DNA of 64,000 nt from Chrysomallon squamiferum (lineage: Eukaryota; Animalia; Mollusca): positions 1,922,001-1,986,000 of the forward strand of contig CM022678.1 in assembly GCA_012295275.1 (NCBI GenBank), read 5' to 3'. The position numbers were made by a program, and so were the translations under genes. The notes under the pieces are model-generated. The model did not search any database and was not told the DNA's origin. It saw only the letters and a program-made list of their open reading frames with translations. Of this stretch, positions 1 through 13,554 are shown piece after piece (the stretch's first letter is position 1; each line of letters starts with the position of its first letter).

Positions 1-77
1 CACTTACTATTTATGACGTCACATGAAGATAAACTGAAATATTTAAGATCTCAACTGATGTTTTTATGTTGACACAG

Positions 78-588
78 GTCTCTCAGTACAAATGACATCT
101 TCGGCGAGTAAAGTTGAAAGAGGACAGCCAGTCACCTTAAACATCACCGTGGAGAACATCGAGAATCCTGATAAATACCTAAACATGTATGTGTATTTGG
201 TAAGAAATGAAGCGAATGTGCATTTGGTAAGCAATCTACCGTACAGTGACAATAGACTGTTTAATTTTTATCAGTATTCAACAGATTGTTATGTGTATAT
301 AAACGATGGTTATATGCCACTCATCATAAGCGCATCCTGTGGATCAGGGACGAAGGACACATCTAGAGTTAAAGAATACACAGTTGTCATGACAACCGCT
401 GCGACGCCTTATTTAACCTCCTTTTATAGCCGGACACATCACGCCGACAGAGAATATTCCACCAACATTATGACTCTTACCACAACACGTACGTACCAAA
501 TATATATTTTGTAAATAATCACTTTTATTATTTAAATTATTTTAATTTATTTCATTTTATTTTATTTCATTTCATTTTATTTATTTAC

Positions 589-619
<31 letters not shown>

Positions 620-3050
620 TTATATTATATTTTATTTTATTTTATTTTTTACTTTATTTTAACTGTCCTGATAACCTTTGATAAAACTAAAAGTTATATT
701 ACACACATAAACACACCCACCCACTAAAACACACACATACATACATACACACACATACATACATACACACACATACATACATACATACATACACATACAT
801 ACATAATACATACATACACACATACATATATACATACATACACATACATACATAATACATACACACACATACATACATACATACACACATACATACATAC
901 GCACACAGAAACACACATACATACATAAATAAATACATACATACATACATACACACACATACATACAAACATACACATGCATATACATACACACAGACAC
1001 ACCTATTAAATATAAATTTATGCAGAATTAGCAAAACAGACGTGTAATTATTTAATCCTGATTTCAGACAAAGTCGACTGCTGTGTGTTGTCTGTATCTG
1101 AGGGTGGGGATTTTCTGACGGTGGTTGAGGGAAAGAGATATGACGGTTTTACCTGCAAAGTTGGTGGTGCGAGTCCAGAACCAGAAACAAAACTGAAAAT
1201 GAACGAGACAGATCTGAGAGTTACAACACGAAAATTCGTGACAAGTTCCGAGTTTGGCATAACTCTTTGTAGTCCTCTCAAATATGAAATATTCTCACCA
1301 AAAACTGAGGTTTCCTTCACCTACATTCCTGAGAGAAGTCATCACAACAAGGAGATTTACTGTTCAGCCAGAAACAGTGAAATGAGAACTGACGAAGAAG
1401 TGAAATCTAACAGAATACGTCTAGTTGTTCATTGTGAGTCTAATTAGTAATATATAGGAACACACACATACACACATACCTACAAACACACATAAACACA
1501 TTTATGGATAATTACAGACATATAAAGAGGTCGATGTACATGCTCCAATTGATGAAGTGAATCAGTATTTTAACCGTTGATGGTCCAGTCACTATAGAAA
1601 ATCACTATTTTTACTGTAGATAAACACGTTTCTCAATATAATCATGGTTTTAAATGTTGGAGGTCCAGTCACTAAACAGAAACACTATTTTTGGTCACGT
1701 TTCTAAAGATAATCACCATTTCAAATGTTGTGATCCTATCACTAAACAGAATCCTGTTTTAACTCTAGATGGACCAGTCACTAAAGAGTATCACTATTTT
1801 AGCTGTAGATGGTCTACTTACTAAAGAGAATGACTGTTTTAACTGTTGATGGTCAAGTCACTAAAGAGAATCACTATTTTAACTTTAGATTGTCAAGTCA
1901 CTAAAGAGTATCACTATTTTAACTGTAGATGATCCAGTCACTAAAGATAATCACTATTTTTACTATAGATGGTCCAGTTGATGAACAGACATCACTGAAG
2001 CCTGATAAAACAACTCACACTCTTACCGAGTTTGGATCTTTACGTGTTTCCTGTGTAGCTGACTGCAGACCCGGATGTACGTACACGTGGTCGTTCTTGG
2101 ACCACAACTTTGCAGCTGGAGAGAACTTGAGTCTTTCTGACGTCACACAACAACAATCAGGATACTACAAGTGTACCGCGAGAAATCCAGCAACTGGAGC
2201 AAAAGTGGAGAAATTCTTCAGGCTAAATGTAGTCAGTGAGTTATCTTAGATCGAACTTTAATTTATTTATTTGTTTGTATGTTTGTTTATTAGATCATTT
2301 CTTTCTTTCTTTCTTATAATTGGTATAACATTTAAAAATAGTTCTTTTACTTTATAATAAATAAAATGCAAAACTCTTACGAGTGTGTGTGTGTATGTGT
2401 GTGTGTTTGTGAATGCGTGTGTATGTATGAGCGTGTGTGTGTTTAGGAAGGAAAATTCTGTTGTCTTATGTACTTCTGATTTAGGGAACACAATGCCACA
2501 GGATGACGAAGGGAGGTCACGACCTCACAAAAGTCATATGCCACTGATGACGTGGTCACCTTGACAACCTTGTATACATGTCTGTCTGTTCATGAAAACC
2601 TGTACACATATGTCTCTGTGTAGAAATGAAGGGGCGTTTCTCTGTCTGCTTAAATAGGAAATAAATACACATACATTTTTTTCTTTTTTGACTTAGCAAA
2701 TGGAAAACTCTCATTCTGGGCTGCTGTTGGAGGAGGTACATCATGCGGTGTTGTTGTTATCTGTTTTGTTGTTGCTGTTGTCACTTGCATCTTCAGAAAA
2801 CGAAGAGAATCAGCAAAGGGTAAATAATAAATTGTTGTTTTAGACTGGCAAAGTGAATGAAAGAAATAACAGAGTAGTAGTAGTAAAATAGAAAACAAAC
2901 AAACACATAAACAAACAAACAAACAAATAGAAAAATTAATTAACTAATTTATTTACATAAATTCCACTGCTTATTTTATTTTCAGGGAAATCCCCAAATT
3001 CAACAGATGAAATGTAAGTTATATTTTATTGTATTGAATTTTATTTTATT

Positions 3051-3117
<67 letters not shown>

Positions 3118-3513
3118 TATTTTATTTGTTATTATAATCTGTTATATGAAAATATATTTATTTTTTTTATTTATAATTTTTTATATAACTAAAATCAAAA
3201 GATAAATAGATTAAAATAAATGAGAAAGTTTTCGGTAGTTCCTTCGACGTCCGCTTCAGGCAGTTCAATACAGAAATGATTTTCGATCAGGGTAATTAAA
3301 AGAATGTTAAATATTTGATAATTTCAATTTTGATTTTACAGTTATTTTATCATTAGGTGTATTTTGTTAAAATGTTTCCTTTTAATTGTTTTAATCCTTA
3401 TTTTATTTTTATTTTAAGTTTATGTTTTTTTGTTGTTTCTTTCATTAGATATGAAAACGCAGCTTTCGAGAATTGTAGTGAGTATTATTTTATTGTTTTC
3501 CTTTCGCGAAAAT

Positions 3514-3556
<43 letters not shown>

Positions 3557-3849
3557 TAATAACAATAATAATAATAATAATAATAATAACAATAATAATA
3601 ACAATAATAACAATAATAACAACAATAATAATAATAATGATAATAATAATAATAATAATAATAAATTAATTAATTAATTAATTAATTAATTGATTAATAC
3701 ATTTTTATTTGTTTGTTTGTGGGTTTTTCTTTTTTATTGATTGGTTTTATTTTATTTTATTTTATTTTATTTTATTTTTTGTTTTGATTAATCTAGGTCC
3801 AGGAAATGTAAACCATGAAAACGTGTATGAAGATCTACATCAGGAATAA
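78..3849 (+). CDS. Ig-superfamily type I membrane receptor, paralogue 1 (5'-partial: signal-peptide exon lies upstream of the window); 3 Ig-like domains, TM, Tyr-motif tail
   Basis: Phase-compatible GT-AG exons: 78-488 (D1), 1068-1433 (D2, FTCKV..PEP..IYCSARN), 1969-2235 (D3, YGP..VSCVADCRPGCTYTW..QSGYYKCTARN), 2697-2819 (TM FWAAVGGGTSCGVVVICFVVAVVTCIF then RKRR), 2986-3013, 3449-3477, 3797-3849 (TAA). Spliced tail: GKSPNSTDEIYENAAFENCSPGNVNHENVYEDLHQE*. Exon sizes other than D1 match paralogue 2. Confidence 0.88.
1560..1978 (+). repeat. Degenerate ~40-bp minisatellite containing the D3 splice acceptor
   Basis: About 10 diverged copies of actgtagatggtccagtcactaaagataatcactatttta ending at the D3 exon start (1969). 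Confidence 0.85.
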
Positions 3850-4243
3850 GAGCAATATACTCAACTACTTCTACTACTACTACCACTACTGCTCCTAAGA
3901 CTACTATAGTACAAACAACAGTACCACTACTACTACTCTAGTAACGACAATACTAGAACTAAGTAACTATAATAGTAACAAATGTACGACTACGACTACT
4001 ACAACTATTATTACTACTGCTCTGCTGTTGCTGCTGTTTGTGATGTTCACACATTTATTTTTTAGTTAATATTTCTCTTGTATTGTTAATTGTTTGCTAG
4101 ATTAGAAAGAGATATATATTTTTATACTGATTTGTAGTTTTGTAAATATTAATAAACAGACTGTTACTACTGCAACCACTACCACTACAATTGTTACTAT
4201 TACTACTACAGTTTTATTTATTAGTTTAATAATAAAGGTTGTG

Positions 4244-4286
<43 letters not shown>

Positions 4287-4608
4287 ATTCCATTGTACTT
4301 GCTAATTTATTTCTCTGTTTCTGTTAATTTGATATATAAAGAGCTGTCAAAATTTTGTTATGTAAGGCTTTTGTATTAAATAAAAATAACTTGTACAAAT
4401 ATTTATGTGTCGTTCCTTTTTTAACACAAATTCATTTCAGTTGCTTGTTACAGTGATCAAATCTGCCATCGTATAATATTTAAATTAGCCATATTTTTAT
4501 ACTAGAAGTGATATCTTTATAAATTTTGAGTGTTTTCTTTATTTGTAGGACAAATACTCTTTTCGTCATTACATTCTTGTACATTCTTAAATCATAGAGA
4601 GAGAGAGT

Positions 4609-4702
<94 letters not shown>

Positions 4703-4808
4703 ATTCTACTAAAAACAAGTTACAAGATATGATGATATTTAAGAACATATAATTTAAAAATGTAAATAAATAAAAAGAAACTACATAAATAATAATAATA
4801 GTAATATT

Positions 4809-4856
<48 letters not shown>

Positions 4857-5040
4857 GCAATAATAATAATAATAATAAATAAAGAAAGAAAGAAAGAAAG
4901 AAATCAATTGCGAATTATTAGAAAACTGGCATATGCGTTTGTCATATTCTGTAATAAATATGTTTCGTAAACATTATTATTATAAATAAAATAGGACTGA
5001 CTGTAAGATACATATAATACAAATGAACACACACCTTTAT

Positions 5041-5563
5041 ATATATATATATATGTATGTATGTATGTGTGTATGTATGTATGTGTGTATGTATGTATTA
5101 TGTATGTATGTATGTATGTATGTATGTATGTATGTATGTATGTATGTATGTATGTGTGTATGTGTGTATGTGTGTGTGTATGTATGTATGTATGTGTGTA
5201 TGTATGTATTATGTATGTATGTATGTATGTATGTATGTTTGTATGTATGTATGTATGTGTGTATGTATGTATTATGTATGTATGTATGTGTGTATGTATG
5301 TATGTATGTATGTATGTGTGTATGTATGTATGTGTGTATGTATGTGTGTATGTATGTATTATGTATGTATGTATGTATGTATGTGTGTATGTATGTATGT
5401 GTGTATGTATGTATGTATGTATGTGTGTATGTATGTATTATGTATGTATGTATGTATGTGTGTATGTATGTATGTGTGTATGTATGTATGTATGTGTGTA
5501 TGTATGTATGTGTGTATGTATGTATGTGTGTATGTATGTATGTGTGTATGTATGTATGTATGT
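5041..5563. repeat. (TATG)n/(TG)n compound microsatellite
   Basis: Directly visible. One of many simple repeats; others include 725-1000, 3525-3690, 25500-25865 and 56045-56470. Confidence 0.95.
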
Positions 5564-6301
5564 TTAAATAACATTTTCTGTCTTCCAACTTTACACGAAT
5601 GTACCCGATTCCACTGAGTTTTGTCAAAACAGACTGTTTGATTGAAGCTGGGCAGATATAGTTGAAAGTTAGTAACGAAAGCACGATGGTTTAACTGTAT
5701 TGTTGACAGTCACAGAGGACGGAAATATCATAGTTCTACTTTTACAGTTGATAGTCACAGAGCAAAGAACGATGCTTTGGGGGGGGGGGAAACTATCACT
5801 GACAGAAGGACGTACGGTAGTTCAACGTGCGTTCACGACCACTGCTTTGTTGACACTTTAATTTTCAGTCACAATAGTTTAACTGTTGACAGTCACAGTG
5901 ACGGTTTAACTGTAGTTTTGACAGAAAACTGTTAGCTGTAATGTTGACAGTCAGAGAATGTGAGCATATAAATGTATGTGTTTAAACACACATATAAACA
6001 TACACACACACATATGTGAGCAGATAATGTATTTTATGAGGTTAGATATCCAAACAAACTTAATAAAATTACGTCAGCTCGTGGACTATTTTTCATTCCA
6101 ACATGTGCTCCACAACTGGTGTGACAAAAGCTGAGGGGTATAGTGTCCATATCAACTGAAGATTTATAACTCAGTAAAACGTCATCAGTGCATTGTTAAA
6201 TAAAAGTGTCCTTCCCTTGCAGTTTACCTTATATGTAGATTTTTCTGAACATAAAAACAGGTAAATCAGGAAGAAATATTTTCGATAGGCGTTGCCAAAT
6301 A

Positions 6302-6304
<3 letters not shown>

Positions 6305-6389
<85 letters not shown>

Positions 6390-6868
6390 ACTATATAAAA
6401 ACGCAGAGTTCTATCTTCTACTAGGTTCAGAACGCTGTTTCATATACTTTAAATTAATTTTGAATAAATTAAACAAATAAAATTAGTGGAAGTGAGTGTA
6501 TTAACATTTAAACAGAAGTCAAAATAATAAACTTCTATATAAAAACATAATAATAATAATAAAGATGATAATTATAAAATTGGTTATATTTAAATGGTCT
6601 GTTTTCATTTATTGCCATCGCCGGAAGTTGATATCTACTAGACATGGCTCATGGAGCTGTACGTATTTTAACATCACGGGAGATAACTCTATTTCTCTAT
6701 TTGGTTGAGTGTACAGCCAGGAAGCTTCTTTTTTTTTTCAGGGAAATCTCCAAATTCAGAAGATGAAACGTAAGTTTTCCTTTATTTTATTTATTCATTT
6801 TCTTATTTTGTTTCTTTGTTTGTTTATTTATTTATTTATTTATTTATTTATTATTATTATTATGATTA

Positions 6869-6941
<73 letters not shown>

Positions 6942-7358
6942 GTTGGGTTTGTTGTTGTAGTTGTTGTTGTTGTCGTCGTTATTGTTATTGTAAAATATGA
7001 TAGTTTTGATGAATGATTGTGTTATAACGGAGAACAAAACATAAATAGATTGAAATCAGTTGGTTCTTTGCCAAAACACAAATTTTCAGTGTTTTCTCTA
7101 ACATCCGGGTGAGGCAGTTCAGTGTACGCGGGAAACATTTTTAAGATATCAGACCATTTAACTCAAACTTTCCTAGCTACTGCAGAACAAAATCTTTATC
7201 ACAGACTAAATCAGTTTATTAATATGCACAAAATTACAAATCAGTATAAAACTATATATCTCTTTCTAATCTAGCAAACAATTAACAATCAAGAGAAATA
7301 CAAATAAAAAGAAACAAAAAGTAAATGTGGGAACAACAAACAACAGCATCATCTGCAA

Positions 7359-7390
<32 letters not shown>

Positions 7391-7679
7391 CTTTTGTTGC
7401 TATTATATTAGTTGTAATAGTCGTAGTGGTTCAGTTGTTACTAGTATAGTAGTAGTAGATGTGTTGTTACTACAGCAGTAGTAGCAGTAGTGGTAGTAGT
7501 AGTTGTTGTTCTTGTTGTTGTAGTTGAATGTGTTGCTCTTATTTCTCACGTAGATCTTCATACTGTTCTTCAGGGGCTACATCTGCTGGGCCTAGTTTAA
7601 ACAAAACAAATAAAAAAAATGACATGGCTGAGAAAAACATTATATATATATGCTTATATAATGGAGACAAAACACACAC

Positions 7680-7761
<82 letters not shown>

Positions 7762-7962
7762 GTTATTATTTCTGAGAAAAGGAAAATAATAAATAAATAC
7801 TCACTGTGACTCGCAAAAGTTGTGTTTACGTATCTAATTGGGGAAAAGAAAAAAAAAAACGTTGCAATAATATCACCAACATTAAAAATATGGATCAGAA
7901 GTACGAAACTACAAAAAAATAATTTTATTATTTTTGAAAAACATATTTAAAAAAAATAATAA

Positions 7963-8005
<43 letters not shown>

Positions 8006-10930
8006 ATTTAAAAAACTCACAAACATAAAATAAAAATAGAATAAGGATTAAGATAATTAAAATCAAAATAGACATAAAAATAAAAGAACAATAAAATCAG
8101 GATGAAAAATATTAACTTTCAAACATGATGAAAAATCAGTTTTACATTGAACTGCACGATGCGGACGTCGGAGGAAACACCGAAAAATTTCTAATTTATT
8201 TTAATCTAATTGTTTTATACATACTTATAAGATGATCAATCTTTTAAAATAATAATAATAATAATAATAAGAATAATAATAATAATAATAACAAAATAAG
8301 TAAATAAATAAATAAATAAATTAATTAATTAATTAAAAATAAATTTAAAAAAAAATAAATAATAAAAAATTAAACTTACATGTGATCTTTTGAATTTGGG
8401 GATTTCCCTGAAAATAAAATAAGCAATAGAAGGTAATTATCGTTATTTAAATAAATTAGTTAATTAACTTTTGATTTGTTTGTTTGTCTGTTTCTTTCTT
8501 TATTTTAGTACTATTACTATTTTATTGTTTTTACTTTCATTCACTTCGTCTGTCAAGAACAACAATTTATTATTTACCCTTTGCTAGTTCTTTTCGTTTT
8601 CTGATGATGCAAATGACAACAGCAGCAACAAAACAGGAAACAACGACACCGCATGATACACCTACTCCAACAGCAGCCCCGACTGAGAGTTTTCCATTGG
8701 CTAAGTTAAAATAAAAATATAAAATTATTTTATAAATTAAACACACAAAGCAAAAGTCCTTTCATTTCCACACACACATACACACAAACATAACACATAC
8801 ATCCACACACACGTACACGAGGTTGTCAAGGTGACCATGTCATCAGCGGCATCTGACGGGGTTTTTGCGAATATTTGACCGAAAGACACACACACACACA
8901 CACACACACACAGACCTAACAGTTTTACAGTTTATTTCTCATAAAGTAAAATTAAATACTTTTAAGTGTTACACCGATTATAATGAAAAGATAAAATAAA
9001 ACAAAAATAAATAAATACATAAAAAAGACACAAACAAACAACCAAATAAATACATAGATAAATAAATATATAACGTTTGATGTAAGATAACTTACTGACT
9101 ACGTTCAGTCTGAAGAATTTCTCCACTTTTGCTCCAGTTGCTGGATTTCTCGCGGTACACTTGTAATATCCTGATTGTTGTTGTGTGACGTCAGAAAGAC
9201 TCAGGGTGTCTCCGGTAGAAATGGCACGGTCAGTGAACGACCACGTGTACGTACATCCGGGTCTGCAGTCAGCTACACACGAAACACGTAAAGATCCAAA
9301 CTCGGTAAGAGTGTGAGTTGTTTTATCAGGCTTCAGAGATGTCTCTTCATCAACTGGTCCATCTACAGTTAAAATAGTGATTATCTTTAGTGACTGGACC
9401 ATCTACAGTTAAAATAGTGATTTTCTTTTCTTTGCTGACTGGGCCATCTACAGTTAAAATAGTGATTCATGTCTAATAATTGGTCAAGCTACACTTAAAA
9501 TAGTGATTTTCTTTAGTGACAGGACCTTTTGCCGTTAAACTAGTTAATCTCATTAGTGACTGATCCCTATACAGAAATGTTGTGATTCTCCTTAATGACA
9601 GGGCTATCTACACTTCAAGTGGCGATTCTGTTTAGACATCTACATTTAAAATTGTTAATGTATTTAATGACTGGGCCATCCACAGGTGAAACAGTTACAA
9701 CATCTTTCTGTCTTCGTATCTCACTATAATTATTATGTTTCTGTTAGTTTATAGATACCTACATGTACCTAATAAGACTCACAATGAACAACTAGACGTA
9801 TTCTGTTAGATTTCACTTCTTCGCCAGTTCTCATTTCACTGTTTCTGGCTGAACAGTAAATCTCCTTGTTGTGATGACTTCTCTCAGGAATGTAGGCGAA
9901 AGAAACCTCAGTTTTTGGTGAGAATATTTCATATTTGAGAGGACTACAAAGAGTCCTACCAGTTTCAGAACTTGTCACTAATTTTAGTGTTGTAACTCTC
10001 AGATCTGTCTCGTTCATTTTCAGTTTTGTTTCTGGTTCTGGACTCGCCCCTCCAACTTTGCAGGTAAAACCGTCATATCTCTTTCCCTCCACCACCGTCA
10101 GCAAATCCCCACCCTCAGATACAGACAACACACAGCAGTCGACTTTGTCTGAAATCAGGATTAAATAATTATACGTGTGTTTTGCTAAATCTTTATGAAT
10201 TTATGTTTAACAGTGTGTAAATGTGTGCGTTCGTATGTATGTATGTTTGTATGGGGTATGTGTTCGTATGTAAGTAGGTACGTACGTATACATGTAATAA
10301 ATCATTTAGTTTTATCAACATTTAGTTTTAACAACAATAACAATCATTTAGTTTTAACAACAATAACAATTAATAAAATAAAATAAAATAAAATAAAATA
10401 AAATAAAATAAAATAAAATAAAATAAAATAAATAAATAAAATAAATAAATAAACAAAAATATTATATATTTACAAAATAATTGTTTGGTACGTACGTGTA
10501 ATCCTAAGAGTTACAGTGTTGCTGTAATAGTTTCGGTTGTCATGACGTGTCCGGCAATAAAAGCCTGTTAAATGAGTCATCGCAGCTGTTGTCATGACAA
10601 CTCTGTATTCTTTCAGTCGAGATCCGCGTACTTTTGTCCCTGATCCACAGTATGCGTTTATGATAACTGGAACATTTTCATCGTATGTATACACAGAACA
10701 GCTTGATGAATGGTGATTAAACTGAACTATGTAGCTTCCATGAGGCGCTAGATTTGTCATCATATACACATAAATACTCGAGTAGTGATTAGTGGTGTCC
10801 ATGTTCTCCACTCTGATGTTAAAGCTGACTGACTGGCCTCTTTCAACTTTACTCGCCGAAAAACTCATTTGTATAGAGACACCTGTGTCAAAATAAAAAC
10901 ATAAGATGAGATTTTAAGTAAAAAGGAAGT
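6305..10930. repeat. Segmental duplication, copy 1 (copy 2 at about 17461-21670)
   Basis: 6305-8420 aligns by eye with 17461-19692, and 8853-10930 with 19693-21670, introns included. Copy 2 lacks the equivalent of 8421-8852. Confidence 0.9.
6741..6768 (+). pseudogene. Orphan 28-nt cytoplasmic micro-exon, relic of a further + strand Ig-receptor paralogue (second copy at 17919-17946)
   Basis: ttttcag|GGAAATCTCCAAATTCAGAAGATGAAAC|gtaagt is homologous to exon 2986-3013. No TM exon lies upstream and no further + strand tail exons lie downstream. Confidence 0.7.
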
Positions 10931-11496
10931 AGAAAAAATAATAATAATAAGAAGAAGTTTTATTTAATAAAGTTGTTTGACAAAGGTGACGTGACGTCAG
11001 AGGTAACAGTGGTTAAGGACTAAACACTACTAGGGTCCAGTGCTATTTTTAGAGCACGACCTTCCCCGGTACAGACAGAGGTGTCCGCCCTCAGTTAGTA
11101 AGACAAAGCGTCTACCACCACCCTTTTAATCAGACTACCACCACCCTTTTAATCAGACGTCGCAGCTGTTTTGTTTTATTCGCTTACAGAAACTTTATGT
11201 GTTTTCTAGAAATAAATAAGAGTCAAACAGCAGATCGCTATGCAAACAACTCTGTGTTTACTTCCTGTTTTATCAGAATTGTATTTCATCTGTACACACG
11301 ATTTAATGCTAAGAAGTATTAAATGATTTAGAATAAATGTGTAAATTTATAATAAATAGTCTATATTCTTATATAAATTTTCATTCTTAAACTATGTCGT
11401 TATTTTTACACACAAGTAAATCAAACACTTACCTGTACAAGTAGTAAACATCACTAAACAAAACAAAAACACGAGTGAAAACTTTCTAAGAGCCAT
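7539..11496 (-). CDS. Ig-superfamily type I membrane receptor, paralogue 2 (complete, 438 aa): SP, 3 Ig-like domains, TM, Tyr-motif tail
   Basis: Exons 11496-11433 (signal peptide MALRKFSLVFLFCLVMFTTCTG), 10882-10496, 10148-9783, 9362-9096, 8700-8578 (TM VGAAVGVGVSCGVVVSCFVAAVVICII then RKRK), 8407-8380, 7833-7805, 7591-7539. Total 1317 nt = 439 codons, all GT-AG. Tail: GKSPNSKDHIYVNTTFASHSPADVAPEEQYEDLREK*. Confidence 0.92.
11255..11270 (-). promoter_or_regulatory. Conserved intron-1 ETS/FOX-like motif (AAACAGGAAGTAAACA)
   Basis: The core CAGGAAGTAA is kept in the same gene-relative orientation at 12733-12745 (paralogue 3) and 22271-22284 (paralogue 4) while the flanks have diverged. Confidence 0.4.
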
Positions 11497-12051
11497 TGAC
11501 CAAATCTCTGTCACCGTCAGAAATTGAAAAATGATTCAAATTTTAGTAATAAAAATATTTGTCAACGTCTGTTGATCGTCTCCGAAATCTTATTAAAATA
11601 CACCTTCCTGCTCTACCTGTTCTTATGTTTATAAATATCTAACACAACGTTTTGAACGTTTTCTATTCAGTTTACGCTATTAATTTTTATATGAATTGAA
11701 AAGTGGGTCGGGGTGAAACGAGGTGACACAGAAAGAGAACAGTTGAATATTTTCTTTTCAGTGAATCTTCATATGATAAAGAAAGACAAAATACATCTAC
11801 ATACTGTAAGGTAACTGGAAGAAGAGGAATGTTTTACTTGATACTCAACACGTGTTATTTATGGTTGTTTCATCAGAATGAATATGAAAATAAAGACTGT
11901 TTCTTACATTTCTTATATGATTCAAATCACACTAAGTCGACAAAGAAAGGTCGCCTTTTCTCACTTCTGAATATGTCTATGTTTTTATCTGTCTGCCGTT
12001 CTATATATGTCTACGTACCTTCCATCTATCTATGTATTTAAAATTACACAC

Positions 12052-12095
<44 letters not shown>

Positions 12096-12327
12096 CAAGC
12101 AAATATACGTATGGATATTTATGTTGTATGCTTGTTTATATTTACGTGTTTGTTCTATAAATGTGTTTCAGTCACTCTATACATATATATTACAATCACA
12201 GATATGATGATCAGATACATTTTTATATTTTCGGGCACTAATCGAATAAAGAGCCTTTTGGAAGGGAACTACATTTACCTCGAAAAATTACTTACTGTTC
12301 ACACACAAACACACACACATACACCCT

Positions 12328-12388
<61 letters not shown>

Positions 12389-13554
12389 TTCAAAGTTTCT
12401 TATTTAGTGTTTAATTGCTTAAAAGACATTTTGAAAAGGTTTTCATTGAGAAAACAACGAGTAGCGGTGAGATGAGAAATAAAACAGTTAATTTCGTTTA
12501 GTTTTTGAATTACTTAGCACTGTAGGATAAAATAAATAACTCGACACAGCCTCGCAGTCTCGGGACATTCGAACCTTCGCAAGATAGCGCTGATATGTTA
12601 AGACAGTAAACAGTTATTGCCTCCAAAAGATTTCCTCTCAAACGTAGAACACTTTTTTTTTCTTTCTTTTTTTTTGCGAATGTATTTTCGCTGCAAGTCT
12701 GGTGAAAAACGTGTAACTGAAATCTCGTAATACAGGAAGTAAACATGGAGGTATTTCGAGAGCCGTCTGCTGTTTGACTGGTACGTCACAGGCGCTGTTT
12801 TGTAACTGGTTCAAAGATCATACTGCTTTTGTATGCGTATACACTGTTACTAACATATAGCACAACAGAAACAAAACAAAAAATGGTAGTGGTAGACAAG
12901 TTTTAATGAAGGGACAGATTCACGCTGTCTCTACTGGGAAAAGTAGCCCTCGCCTGATCCCTTCCTGACCCCTACCTCTTTAGTCACCACCCATTATCAC
13001 TTATGACGTCTGATGACAGGGGACTAAAATATATTAAATAAAACATATTTTTATTTATATATTTTTTCCTTTCTTTCTTTCTTTTATTATTATTATTATT
13101 ATTTTTTTGTTTTTTTTTTCTGGCTTTGTTTTTCTACTTCCTTTTCATTTAAAATCTCAACTGATGTTTTTATTTTGACACAGGTGTCTCGGTACAAATG
13201 AGATTTTCGTCGAGTAAAGTGGAAAGAGGCAAGTCAGTCACCTTAAACATCAGAGTGGAAAACATCGAGAATCCTTGTACTGAAATAAATATTCTTGTGT
13301 ATGTGCTAAGGAATAATGACAACTACGTGGTTCACTTTAATCAGTATTCATCAAGTTGTTCTGTGTATACAAACGATCACAATGTCCCACTCTTCATAGA
13401 CGCATACTGTGGATCAGAGCCAAATGTACGCGGAACTCGATTCAGAGAATACAGAGTTGTCATGACAACCGCTCATATCATTATAGGAGCCGCTATTTAT
13501 TGCCGTATTCGACAAGAAAGTGTAACAGCAATATTGTATCTCTCGCGACAACAC

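Noticed and set aside
2985-2995. NF-kB-like GGGAAATCCCC repeated in the Ig cluster
   Set aside because: It is the acceptor plus coding start (GKSP) of the 28-nt micro-exon, so its conservation is explained by coding.
1048-10168. Antisense ORFs over Ig and TM exons (1048-1320, 2650-2922, 8484-8714, 9935-10168)
   Set aside because: They are shadows of the real exons on the opposite strand.
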